Assembly: GCA_023142915.1 (NCBI GenBank)
Contig: JAGLIO010000063.1
Location: 1-47,826 of the forward strand
Length of the DNA stretch: 47,826 nt
Reading direction: 5' to 3'
DNA from: Candidatus Parcubacteria bacterium
GTDB taxonomy: Bacteria > Patescibacteriota > Patescibacteriia > Patescibacteriales > UBA12075
Shown: positions 26,599 through 36,100 of the stretch, piece after piece
How the letters are laid out: each line of letters begins with the position of its first letter
Position numbering within the stretch: position 1 is the stretch's first letter
Translations under genes and position numbers: made by a program
Notes under the pieces: model-generated
What the model saw: only the letters and a program-made list of their open reading frames with translations
Told to the model about the DNA's origin: nothing
The model's database searches: none

Positions 26599-26655
26599 AA
26601 AAAATAAAACGCCCTATGCAAAAACAACATATATTGTTCTTGAATAATCGGCGTT
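26599..26655 (-). terminator. Hairpin plus U-run between the Com-like gene and 25254..26360
   Basis: Minus strand AACGCC...GAACAA-TATATG-TTGTTT...GGCGTTTTATTTTTT. Confidence 0.6.
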
Positions 26656-26717
26656 GATGTTTGCTATGAAACGTTTATACCTTGATTATTTTATTAAATT
26701 TTTAAAAATATTTTATT

Positions 26718-26951
26718 TCATTCAGGATAAGGATAATTATTTTCAAATTCATTGCGATATTCATTTGTGCCCGGATCATAGAATTTGCAGTGAATAAACA
26801 TTTCTTTGTTTGCTAAAGTTATTATATTGATTGATTTGCATTTCGGGCATTTTTTTTCCTGCTTAAGTATTCCATCCATCTTTGTGATATTCGCAAAATG
26901 ATTTGAGCATTTGGCGCATCTCCAAATAAAATTATACGAACTGCTTGGCAT
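26718..26951 (-). CDS. Mu Com-like zinc-ribbon protein
   Basis: WRCAKCSNHFA...EKKCPKCKSIN matches the RCxxCxxLLA...EIKCPRCxxxN pattern of the Com family. Confidence 0.7.
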   Translation of the reverse strand: MPSSSYNFIWRCAKCSNHFANITKMDGILKQEKKCPKCKSINIITLANKEMFIHCKFYDPGTNEYRNEFENNYPYPE

Positions 26952-26979
26952 ACAAATATTTTAAATAAATTTTATAAAC

Positions 26980-27008
26980 AAAAAAACCTCATGCCCGGGC
27001 ATCAGGTT
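26980..27008 (-). terminator. Terminator-like hairpin in the leader of the Com-like gene
   Basis: Minus strand AACCTGATGCCCGGGCATGAGGTTTTTTT, 29 nt before the ATG. Confidence 0.6.
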
Positions 27009-27117
27009 ATAAAAAAATATCAAGAGTATAATTCCAACATCTTTTTTTATTAACAATCACAATTGCAAAGCTATTCATATTTTTAAAAAAATTAATATTT
27101 TTTTAAACACATAATTA

Positions 27118-27146
27118 AGATTATCAAATTACAAAATCGTTGTCAA
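27118..27146 (-). promoter_or_regulatory. sigma70-type promoter for the Com-like gene
   Basis: TTGACA-17 nt-TAATCT with extended TG. Confidence 0.55.
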
Positions 27147-27301
27147 CCAGCCTTTTTTCGGGCTTTTGCTCGCTTTTCATTCAAAGTTATCCACATTTTT
27201 ATCTTATAGTAAGATAGTTAAAAATTAATTAAAAAATAGATAAATTATTTATAAAATATTTATGAATTATCCATAAAATATTTCTAAATTTTAAAATATA
27301 A

Positions 27302-27337
27302 AAAATAACCCCGCCTCTCGCGAGGCGGGGTTATTTT
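27302..27337. terminator. Strong intrinsic terminator after 27362..28282
   Basis: AAAATAACCCCGCCTC-TCGC-GAGGCGGGGTTATTTT, 16-bp perfect stem. Confidence 0.85.
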
Positions 27338-27361
27338 ATATTTTAAAATATTTAATTCTTT

Positions 27362-28282
27362 CTACGAATTTTCTCTTTTTAACACCATTATAAAACCGGT
27401 GATAACGCTAAGAGATATTAAGAGTACCATAAGGTCTTTTACGCTGAATCCTGTTTCCGCCAATACTTTAACTGCTCTTACTTCAAGATTTGCTTCAGCG
27501 CTTACGGTTTCATGGTTTGACGCGCTTGCTTCCGCTTTGTTGATATAGACTATTGGCTTTGCGTCCGCGCTAACATCAACCAAATAAGAAATTTCTTTAA
27601 TTCCGCTTTGTTCAATATCGCCTAAACTCCATGTTTTAACCATGCCCTCTTGATCGCTAAAATTTAATCCAGCCGGCAATGTATCTGTAAGCAAAGTTTC
27701 AAAAGCTGTTAAGTTGCCTGTGTTGGCCACCGCGATCGTATATTCAATATCAGTATCTCCGGGATTTGCAAATTCTTCTGCTATTGATTTTGTTATTTTT
27801 AATATTGGCTCGCCTTCCTCGCCCAAAACAACCGGATCGCAACAATCCGCCATATTAAATGCTAATTCACCGCCAAGCACACTTGGAGAAGCGCTGGAAA
27901 TAGGCTTAAAGTAATAAGCTGTATTTTTAATTAAGCCTTTAATAACCACAGAATGATGAGTAACTTTATTAGTATTTTTTATTGTAGAAAATTCATAGCC
28001 GTAATTCGGAGCCGCGCCGATTGAAATCTGATTTTTTGTTCCATAAACTACGCGGCTGGTCGCGTTTTTATTAGTGCGCCAAGTAATAATAGCGGAGGCT
28101 TCCGACAAGCAGGATAATTGCTGATCGTGAATTTTCAAAGGCGGAGTGCCGCCATAACCGAAAGCAGTTTTTGTATCCAAAAAATTACCGCTGCCAAAAT
28201 TGCCTGAAAAACAAACTATTGCGGTAACGGCTAAAATACTGAAAATAATATTAGTATTTATTTTTTTTATAGTTTTTAACAT
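27362..28282 (-). CDS. FN3-like + DUF11-like + LAETG-TM surface protein (likely start ATG 28282; track gives 28324)
   Basis: AGGGG just before the ATG; AIITWRTN..ATSRVVYG; VLGEEG; VLAETGF + TM + KR. Confidence 0.85.
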   Translation of the reverse strand: MLKTIKKINTNIIFSILAVTAIVCFSGNFGSGNFLDTKTAFGYGGTPPLKIHDQQLSCLSEASAIITWRTNKNATSRVVYGTKNQISIGAAPNYGYEFSTIKNTNKVTHHSVVIKGLIKNTAYYFKPISSASPSVLGGELAFNMADCCDPVVLGEEGEPILKITKSIAEEFANPGDTDIEYTIAVANTGNLTAFETLLTDTLPAGLNFSDQEGMVKTWSLGDIEQSGIKEISYLVDVSADAKPIVYINKAEASASNHETVSAEANLEVRAVKVLAETGFSVKDLMVLLISLSVITGFIMVLKRENS

Positions 28283-28448
28283 ACCCCTAAAATTTCTCCA
28301 ATATAATAAAGCTAACAACAGCAAAAAAAAGACCTTAATTTAAGCCCTCCTTAATTATAAATTGTATTGCTTGTGTCTTAAAACAAATTATAGCACAATT
28401 TTACATAGTGTCAATGTCAATTAATTTTCATACCCCGAGTTTTAAAAT

Positions 28449-29600
28449 CTATTTTAAAATTTTAGCAATATTTTTAATTGCCTCAGTTATCGGTATTACT
28501 GTAACATCTCCGTGATACTCTGTATATTGAGTGTTGCAAAACATATAACACTTTGCTTCGGGGTAATCTTTTTTAAACGCTCGCAATCCCCTAAAATCTT
28601 TTTTAGAAAAACTTTTCTTGCGTTTTACTTCAATCGCCACAAGACCGTTCTCACCGTAAAGCGCGAAATCAACTTCCAAACCGGTTTTTGTCCGCCAATA
28701 ATATATTTTATAATTCAATTTATTATATTCATTAATCGCGCGCAATTCTTGCAAAACAAGAGTCTCAAGAGCAGGACCGTCTAACTCGCTTTCAGAATCT
28801 AATGGTCCTGTCGGTCTTAATTCGCGAAATACTCCGACATCAAAAAAATAAAATTTATTGCGCTTAAGCAATACTCGTTTTGATCTTTTGCCAAAAACAG
28901 GTATCCGCGCCGCTATCAATAAATCATCCAATATATTAAAATAACTTTCTGCGGTATCACGTTTTAATTCCGCTTCTCGTGTTACCTCGGCAATATTAAG
29001 CGCCTCTCCCTGTGAAAAGCTTGCTACTTCCAAAAATCTATAAAAATCGCCAAGGTTTCTTGTTAATCCTTCTTCCGCGACTTCTTCTCTTAAATATGTT
29101 TTTATATACGAACTTAAAAATTTTTTTGGATCGTCTGCTGTGTATGCCTTTGGTAAATGACCTGTTTTAAGCGATTTTTTCAAAGAAAAATCTTTTTTCA
29201 ATTCCGCGGCGCTTAACGGATGCATTTCGTATGTGTATGCTCTGCCTGCCAGTAAATTTATGCCTTTTTTGCGTAACTTGCGCGCGTTTGAACCGGTAAG
29301 AATAAACTTATACTTCTTATTTTCAATAAGCCTATGCGCTTCATTTAATAACTCTGGTATTCGTTGTATTTCATCAATTATAATCCAATTATTAAAACCG
29401 TTTGGAATTAATTTGCTTAATGATTCCGGATTTGCCAAAAGTTTGCGATAAGTAGCTGAATCAAGAAGATCAAAATACAACGCGTCTTTAAAATTTTTCT
29501 TTAGCCAGCTTGTTTTGCCTGTGCCGCGCGGACCAAATAAAAAAAACGAATTTGATTTTGTTGTTTGTATTATTCTTTTGTAATATTTTTCACCAGACAT
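28449..29600 (-). CDS. AAA+ ATPase with DUF4143/PD-(D/E)xK C-terminus (likely start ATG 29600; track gives 29636)
   Basis: GPRGTGKT, IIIDEIQ, LTGS, LAGRA, KFYFFDVG, YYWRT..EVDF..IEVK. Confidence 0.92.
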   Translation of the reverse strand: MSGEKYYKRIIQTTKSNSFFLFGPRGTGKTSWLKKNFKDALYFDLLDSATYRKLLANPESLSKLIPNGFNNWIIIDEIQRIPELLNEAHRLIENKKYKFILTGSNARKLRKKGINLLAGRAYTYEMHPLSAAELKKDFSLKKSLKTGHLPKAYTADDPKKFLSSYIKTYLREEVAEEGLTRNLGDFYRFLEVASFSQGEALNIAEVTREAELKRDTAESYFNILDDLLIAARIPVFGKRSKRVLLKRNKFYFFDVGVFRELRPTGPLDSESELDGPALETLVLQELRAINEYNKLNYKIYYWRTKTGLEVDFALYGENGLVAIEVKRKKSFSKKDFRGLRAFKKDYPEAKCYMFCNTQYTEYHGDVTVIPITEAIKNIAKILK

Positions 29601-29660
29601 GATATTTATTTTATTTAAACTTTTTTCGGTTAACAACCTTATTTTAGCATCTTTTTTTAA

Positions 29661-32039
29661 TTATAACGCAATTTTATAAAGTGTCAAGCCATTTTCTTGA
29701 TAAATAACATCTAATAATTTTGACTCTAAAAATTCATACTTAAATATATCATCATTTATTAAATCATCAGTAAAAATAATATATTTAATTCCTGAATCAC
29801 TGAAAAAATTAATTGCTTTGTCAGGTAAAAAATCATCGCTGATTATTATTTTTTCTATTTCCCTGCTTTCGCTATGGCCTTCCTGGCTGAAAATTTTACC
29901 GATTTCCATATTATAACCCTGTATTACTTCTTTATCAAAATAAAGCCTGGCAGGATTTGCCGTAATCAGCTTTCTGTTAAAATTTAAAGAAAAATACTGA
30001 TGCCATGGCAAAAATAAAACTTTAAAATCATCATCATCGTTATTTAATATTTGATTAGCCTCTTGCCAGCTTTGCGGATACTTAACAGGTTCTATCTGCC
30101 TGGCAAAACCGCCCAGCATCGGATAAGTATAAAAAACCGGAATTAAAAATAATAAAAATAAAAATAATTTTAAAGCTTTAACTGATTTTTCTTTTATCAG
30201 CTTTGCCAAAAAAACAAAACCCAAGCCGCCGAAATAAGCATAACTTAAAGCAATCAAAGCGGAAAATTTTTGCGTGTCGCGAAAGCCGCGCCAAATTCCG
30301 ATATTTTCAAACAGCCATAAATTCAAGCCTTTAAAAATAATTTCAGACAAACCGCAAGAAAAAATAAAGCCAAACAAACCTAGGGCAATGAATAATATTG
30401 CCTGCCTTCGTGTTTTTCTGTTTTTCAACCCGTCTGCCATTCCAATAGCGATAATTCCAGCCAATAAAATAAAAATTACAGCCCATAAACTAAAGTTGTC
30501 TTTTGGCAAGATAAAATAATTTACCCACGGTTCTCGCTCTCCCCAAAATCCATACAAGGCAAACACATTCAGCTCGGCGCCTAAGCGCGCGTCATCAGCC
30601 GTTCTGAAAGCGTCCCAATGATCTTCGGTAAATGTTCCGACAATAGACTGCTCAGCGCGCAAGGCATAAGGCGCGATCCAATAAAAACTTAAAAGCAAAA
30701 ACATAGACCCGCCGATTAAACAGCATTTTATTATTTTTCTTATTTTTTTCTTGTTTGATTTTTTTATTTCAACTATCATGATATAAAAAATATAGCCGAA
30801 TAAAATCAAGACAGCCATTACCAAAAAATGAAGCGAAAACATTCCGATTAAAAACAGCCAAAAAAACAGCTTTAATCCTTTTTTTATTTTTGGCTTTTTG
30901 CTAAGCCTTAATAAATAAAAAATAAACGGGGGTAAAAACGCGTAAGCAAACAAATGAGCCCAGTGTCCTGCTAAAAATCTTTCATAAACAAATGGATTAA
31001 CAGTATAAAATAAACATGCCCAATATCTTGCGCCAAACTTTTTTGGAACAGGCAAAAATTTAAAAGCTAAATAACTAACGCAAAAAAATAAAGCAATAAG
31101 CATTATTTTTTGGACTATCCATCCATCCATAAGCAGATTTAAAAATTTCATTAAATACCTAACGGGCAAATCATTATAAAAACCGTTTGGACTTGACAAT
31201 ATTTTTATGCTTGGAGCAAATATCATATCTTGCGTAAGAATATATCCGGGCTTTAGCATTTGCCAAAGAATAATCACGACTCCTGCTAAAAATATTAATA
31301 TTTTGCTGTTTTTTATTTTACTCGCGATACTAATATATATTTTTTTATTGCGCTCATGTATGAATATTAATAGATTAACAGCTGTTAAAATTAAAACTAC
31401 CGCGGTCAGAGCGATTACCATTTGTTTGCTAAGACTGTAAAAACTGAAAGCAAAAAAATATAATACAACTATTACCACATTAAAAACTATGTGAAATTTG
31501 GAAAAATAAAGATCTTGCTTGCTTGCTTGCCGCGGTTTTAATAAATCACTGACATTGCCTTTGATTTTTTCTTTTAATTTTGCGTCTGCGGGATTGATTT
31601 CTTTTTCAGAAACTCCGTCTGGGTTTCGCTTAAATTCTATAATCTGCAAAACAACTCCCATGGCTAAAAAATAATAAGCGTAAACAGCTATTGCCTCGGC
31701 TATTTCTTGCTTTCCGCCTGCCAGTAAAAACGGACAAGCAAGTAAACACAAAAGCGCCAATCCGATAATAATACGGTTCTCCCATTTATAAAATAAAAAG
31801 GAAAAAAACAAAACCCACAGCAAAGCCGCGCTTAAGCTTATTTTCCAAAAAATCAAAGCGAAAAAAATCATTAAAAGTCCGCCGTATGTTTTATTTTTTT
31901 TAATATCGGCTACTGCGCGCTTCGCGCTTTTTATAATCCAAAAAACAATAAAAACAATAGCCTGTTTTATGTTTGTAAAAACATAACAGCTTAAGCTAGA
32001 AAATATTCTTTTATTTATTTTTTCTTTTTTTATAGACAT
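29661..32039 (-). CDS. Polytopic membrane protein, GT-C (AftD/DUF3367-like) glycosyltransferase-like with extra N-terminal TM domain
   Basis: PGYILTQDM, FYTVNPFVYERF..GHW, GFWGE, GFRDTQKF, YPQSW, VLFLPWHQY. Confidence 0.65.
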   Translation of the reverse strand: MSIKKEKINKRIFSSLSCYVFTNIKQAIVFIVFWIIKSAKRAVADIKKNKTYGGLLMIFFALIFWKISLSAALLWVLFFSFLFYKWENRIIIGLALLCLLACPFLLAGGKQEIAEAIAVYAYYFLAMGVVLQIIEFKRNPDGVSEKEINPADAKLKEKIKGNVSDLLKPRQASKQDLYFSKFHIVFNVVIVVLYFFAFSFYSLSKQMVIALTAVVLILTAVNLLIFIHERNKKIYISIASKIKNSKILIFLAGVVIILWQMLKPGYILTQDMIFAPSIKILSSPNGFYNDLPVRYLMKFLNLLMDGWIVQKIMLIALFFCVSYLAFKFLPVPKKFGARYWACLFYTVNPFVYERFLAGHWAHLFAYAFLPPFIFYLLRLSKKPKIKKGLKLFFWLFLIGMFSLHFLVMAVLILFGYIFYIMIVEIKKSNKKKIRKIIKCCLIGGSMFLLLSFYWIAPYALRAEQSIVGTFTEDHWDAFRTADDARLGAELNVFALYGFWGEREPWVNYFILPKDNFSLWAVIFILLAGIIAIGMADGLKNRKTRRQAILFIALGLFGFIFSCGLSEIIFKGLNLWLFENIGIWRGFRDTQKFSALIALSYAYFGGLGFVFLAKLIKEKSVKALKLFLFLLFLIPVFYTYPMLGGFARQIEPVKYPQSWQEANQILNNDDDDFKVLFLPWHQYFSLNFNRKLITANPARLYFDKEVIQGYNMEIGKIFSQEGHSESREIEKIIISDDFLPDKAINFFSDSGIKYIIFTDDLINDDIFKYEFLESKLLDVIYQENGLTLYKIAL

Positions 32040-32061
32040 ATATTTAAAAAAATTAATTTTT

Positions 32062-32994
32062 GTGATAATGATCCATTCTTCTACCAGTATTGAGGGGAAT
32101 ATTTTAAGCCGTTATGAAGTGAAAAAAGTTTTGTCAGGCGAGAAAGTTGACGCGCCTAAACGCGATATTTCCGAAGTTAAAAATTACCGCGATGCCTTGT
32201 ATTACATTAGTAAATTTATTGAAAAAAAACAAAAAATTACAGTTAAAACAATTCTGGAAATTCATCGGCTTACCACTAAGAACGTGCTTGATAAAGAAAA
32301 ATGCGGAAAATTCAGACAAAATCAGGTTTATGTGGTTAGCCGCCACGGCAATAAAATTATTAAAGTGTCTTACACAGGACCGATTGTCAAACAAGTTCCC
32401 ATTCTTGTAAAGAATCTAATTAATTGGCTGGAAAAAGCTAAAAAAGAAAATATCTGTCCTGTTATAATATCTGCTATCGCTCACGCGGAAATCGCGGCGA
32501 TTCATCCTTTTGCCGACGGCAATGGCAGAACAGCTCGGCTCTTAGCCACTTTAATCCTTTATAAATCCGGCTATGATTTTCGCCGCCTTTTTGCTTTAGA
32601 AGATTATTATAACCAAGATCGTCCGTCCTATTACAAAGCGATTCATTTGGGTAAAAATTATCAAGAGCGAATGCAAGGCGATTTAACCGATTGGGTAATT
32701 TATTTCAGCCAAGGGTTTGCTTGTGAAATGGAAAAAATTTATAATATTATTGTGCCATTAAGTTTGGACGCCAAAATGTTAAAAAAAATCGGCGGTCATG
32801 TTTATCTTGATAAAAAACAAATCAAAATCGTTGATTTCATGATGACTATGGGCAAGGTTGACAGCAATGACGTTGTTGATATTCTAAATATTACTCAAAG
32901 AAGTGCCAGAAGGTATTTAGCTGAATTAACAAAATTAAAATTATTAGCCAAAGTGGGCGGTAAAAAAGACGCTTACTACCAATTGAATATTTGA
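32062..32994 (+). CDS. Fic-domain protein with C-terminal HTH, probably 5'-truncated
   Basis: HPFADGNGRTAR canonical Fic motif; SSTSIEGN at the very N-terminus; ITQRSARRYLAEL HTH; the only credible plus-strand gene. Confidence 0.85.
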   Translation: MIMIHSSTSIEGNILSRYEVKKVLSGEKVDAPKRDISEVKNYRDALYYISKFIEKKQKITVKTILEIHRLTTKNVLDKEKCGKFRQNQVYVVSRHGNKIIKVSYTGPIVKQVPILVKNLINWLEKAKKENICPVIISAIAHAEIAAIHPFADGNGRTARLLATLILYKSGYDFRRLFALEDYYNQDRPSYYKAIHLGKNYQERMQGDLTDWVIYFSQGFACEMEKIYNIIVPLSLDAKMLKKIGGHVYLDKKQIKIVDFMMTMGKVDSNDVVDILNITQRSARRYLAELTKLKLLAKVGGKKDAYYQLNI

Positions 32995-33053
32995 TGTCCG
33001 TTAAAATGTCCGTTATTTGTCCGTTAATCTAATGTCGCGATTTTGTCGCGATT
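32995..33053. repeat. Phased short direct repeats after the Fic gene
   Basis: TGTCCGTTA at 32995, 33007, 33018; TGTCGCGATT at 33033, 33044. Confidence 0.8.
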
Positions 33054-33125
33054 ATTAAAATCCGTTTAAGCCATACTTTTCACTAATTTTGCCTATTTTT
33101 AAATAACACAAATATAAAAAATATA

Positions 33126-36100
33126 TTAATCCAAAAAATTAAATAAATTGCGAAATTGTTTGCTTCGCTGTCTGCGTCTTTTTACAAAATCCGCTGTTAA
33201 ATATGTTATGCAGCCCAAAAATATTATCCCTGACACAAACAATCCCGAATAAAACCATCTCTGCGGCCAAAATTCTATTATCATTTCCATATCATAAGTT
33301 CTATCCTGATTTTTATTGCAAAAATTCTTGTCCTTGCAAATATCATTGGCGTCTATCCACCAAGCGTTGGCAAAACCGTTGGCGATAATATGATTATCTC
33401 GCGCGATTTCTTTTTCATTCCAAAATCCAAAATGCCGCCTTGCTTTTTGTAAAAAATTTTGCGGTGATTTTTCACCCTGAATATACGCACGCCATCCGGG
33501 ATGAAAAGATTCTTGAAAAATAATCAAGGAGGCATCTTTTTGCTTTAACAATAATTTGTAATAAACCGGATTTACTTTTTCAAAATTAATATTTGACTGG
33601 CTTATTTTTTTCTCATCTTTTGTCTTTAAGTAATAAGCGTCCAAAATTTTATTTTCCACAATATTAATTGCGACATTGTCATATCTGACAACCGCATTTT
33701 CAACTTTTTCAGCTGAAGCGTAAAAATAAATATTTAAAAATTCTGAATCAATGTTGGGCTCAAATATTGTTTCATAATAATGCCAGCCATCATCAACTTT
33801 TTTTAAGTCTTCGGTTTTAACGCAAACATTGCCATCCCATACGCAAAATCTCGCCGCGTTGCCGGCAACTATTTTGTAATCAAATGAAACAGCATAAGCC
33901 TTATCTTTGCTGAATTTTTTAATCGGAGCTGATGATACGCAAGCCGCGTCTTTTTCGGCGCTTAGCTCAAGAGCCGCTTTGCCGTCTGTTGAATCGGGAA
34001 TTAATTTCATTTCCAATAAAGCGTCCGGGTCGGACAGTCTGCAATTCCCGACTTTTTCATTCCAAAAACCTTTTTCAAATGAATTATTTTCAAGCAAATT
34101 TAATTCATCTTTAAAAATTACGGCGCTTATTTTGTGCTCCCCGCTTTTTAAAAATATATCTTCTGAAAATTCAGAGACATAAGGCAATTCTAAAATAATC
34201 TGTTTTATCGGCTTTGTTATTTTATAAACTTTTACGTTATCATACAAATTAACCGTTACCGGGCCTTTATTTTTATGAGAATAAAAATACATAATAAATT
34301 GTTTTGCTTCCGGACTTAATTTTACCAGCATTTCATGCGTTTGCCAGTTTTTAGAAACAAGCGCTTCGCCGTCTTTGGCGCAACCTTTGCCGTTCCAAAC
34401 GCAAAACGCCGGAGCGCTGCCGGATATATTTTTGCAGTCAAACGACAAAAAATAAACCGTATCAGGCTCAAATTCTTTAATCGTCCGCGAATAACTGCAA
34501 GCGGAATCTTCTTCCGCTGACAGCAAAAGAGCTGACTGCCCGTCGCTTGCGTCTTTTGTTAAATCCATTAAAATTTTAGCGTCAGGATTATTAAAATTGC
34601 AATTCCCGACTTTTTCATTCCAAAAACCTTTTTCAAATGAATTATTTTCAAGCAAATTAATATTATTTTTTTTGTCTATCTTGTAAATATTCACGGCATA
34701 AAAATCTTTTGGCTCTAATCGCATACTGTCTAAATATTGCCATTTATCGCCGGGGCGCAAATAAAAAATTTTATTTTCAATCTCAATTCCTATAGGCTCT
34801 GATAATTCAATGCCTAAACTTATTTCTTTTTCAAAATTTTCAACAGCATTGCCGTCAGCGAAGCTATCATCAATAAATAACTTTTCATTTACATTTTTAA
34901 ATCTTAAAATACAATCTTTATTGTCATAATAATAATAAATTTGATAAGCATTAAAACCATAATTTTCATTTCTTGAAATATTATAATTATTTCCCGTTAA
35001 AATTTCAAAATTTTCAGCGGTTATATTATTTTTAAATTCAATATTTTCTTTTTTTAAAATTTTTTTATAATAATTCGCGTGTTTTAAAGTCAAATCATTG
35101 GAATCTGCTTGCGATGAAATAATAAAAGATAATTTTTCTCCGTCTAAATTAAACTTATCAAAAATATCCAAAGACTCATTAAATGTATCAGTAACAACTA
35201 TTTTTGACGGACTGTATATTCTTGGATAAACCAAATCATCTTGCAGTTTATATAAATCAAGCATGTTAAAACTCGCCTCGGAAGATATGCTTGAATGCGA
35301 AGAAATTATTTCTTTAACTTCTTCAGGTTCTTCAACTTTATAATATTCAGAGTAAAAATCATTTCTTTGAAAAATATGGGATATATTTATCAATCCCAAA
35401 AACTTGTCTATATTTTTGCTTTTTAAATTATCATAGATAAAATCATATACTTTGGAAGTGTGATAATTGCCGCAGCCAACGCAAGCATTATGAACTACGG
35501 GAATTTTTAACAAGGTGTCGGCTAATCCGCGCGGGATTGACTTCATTTGATTATTCCATTTAAAAACCGCGAAATATTGGTCAGGCAAAAGCAAAATTCT
35601 GTTTTCAGCGGCAATCAAGCTATTATTAATATAATCAGCTGCTTGATGCCAATACTTTGGAATATTTTTTATCTGTGAATTTTTTTCAAACAACCTTCCG
35701 CTAAAAAAAGGAAAAGCGTTAATAGCTATAGCCGCAAGAACCAGCAATGGAATAAAATATTTTAATAAAAAATATTGTTCCACGTTTTCTCTTTTTTTGC
35801 TTAAAATATGATTTAAAAATATTGTTACAAGCATGGCGTAAAATAATACAGCTATTGCCGTCCATTTATAAGTATTTCTAAACGCCATAAAATACGGCAC
35901 ATTATCAAAAAGCCACTGCATTAAACCGTTCGTGGGCCAGCTTTTATATATACCGCCTATAAACGGGAATAATAATATAATCGCTATATAAAAAAATAAA
36001 ATTTTCTTTTTATATTCTCTGCCTTTAATTTTCGCGAAAAATAACAGCGGGAAAAAAACAATTATCGGAATAGCAAAACCGCTGATAAGAATTATCAAAT

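Noticed and set aside
26718-26951. Prophage implied by the Com-like gene
   Set aside because: No mom, structural, integrase or replication genes of a phage are present.
27187-27195. DnaA box TTATCCACA in an AT-rich intergenic region as oriC
   Set aside because: Only one perfect box with a near-match or two, and no dnaA/dnaN nearby; not enough for an origin call.
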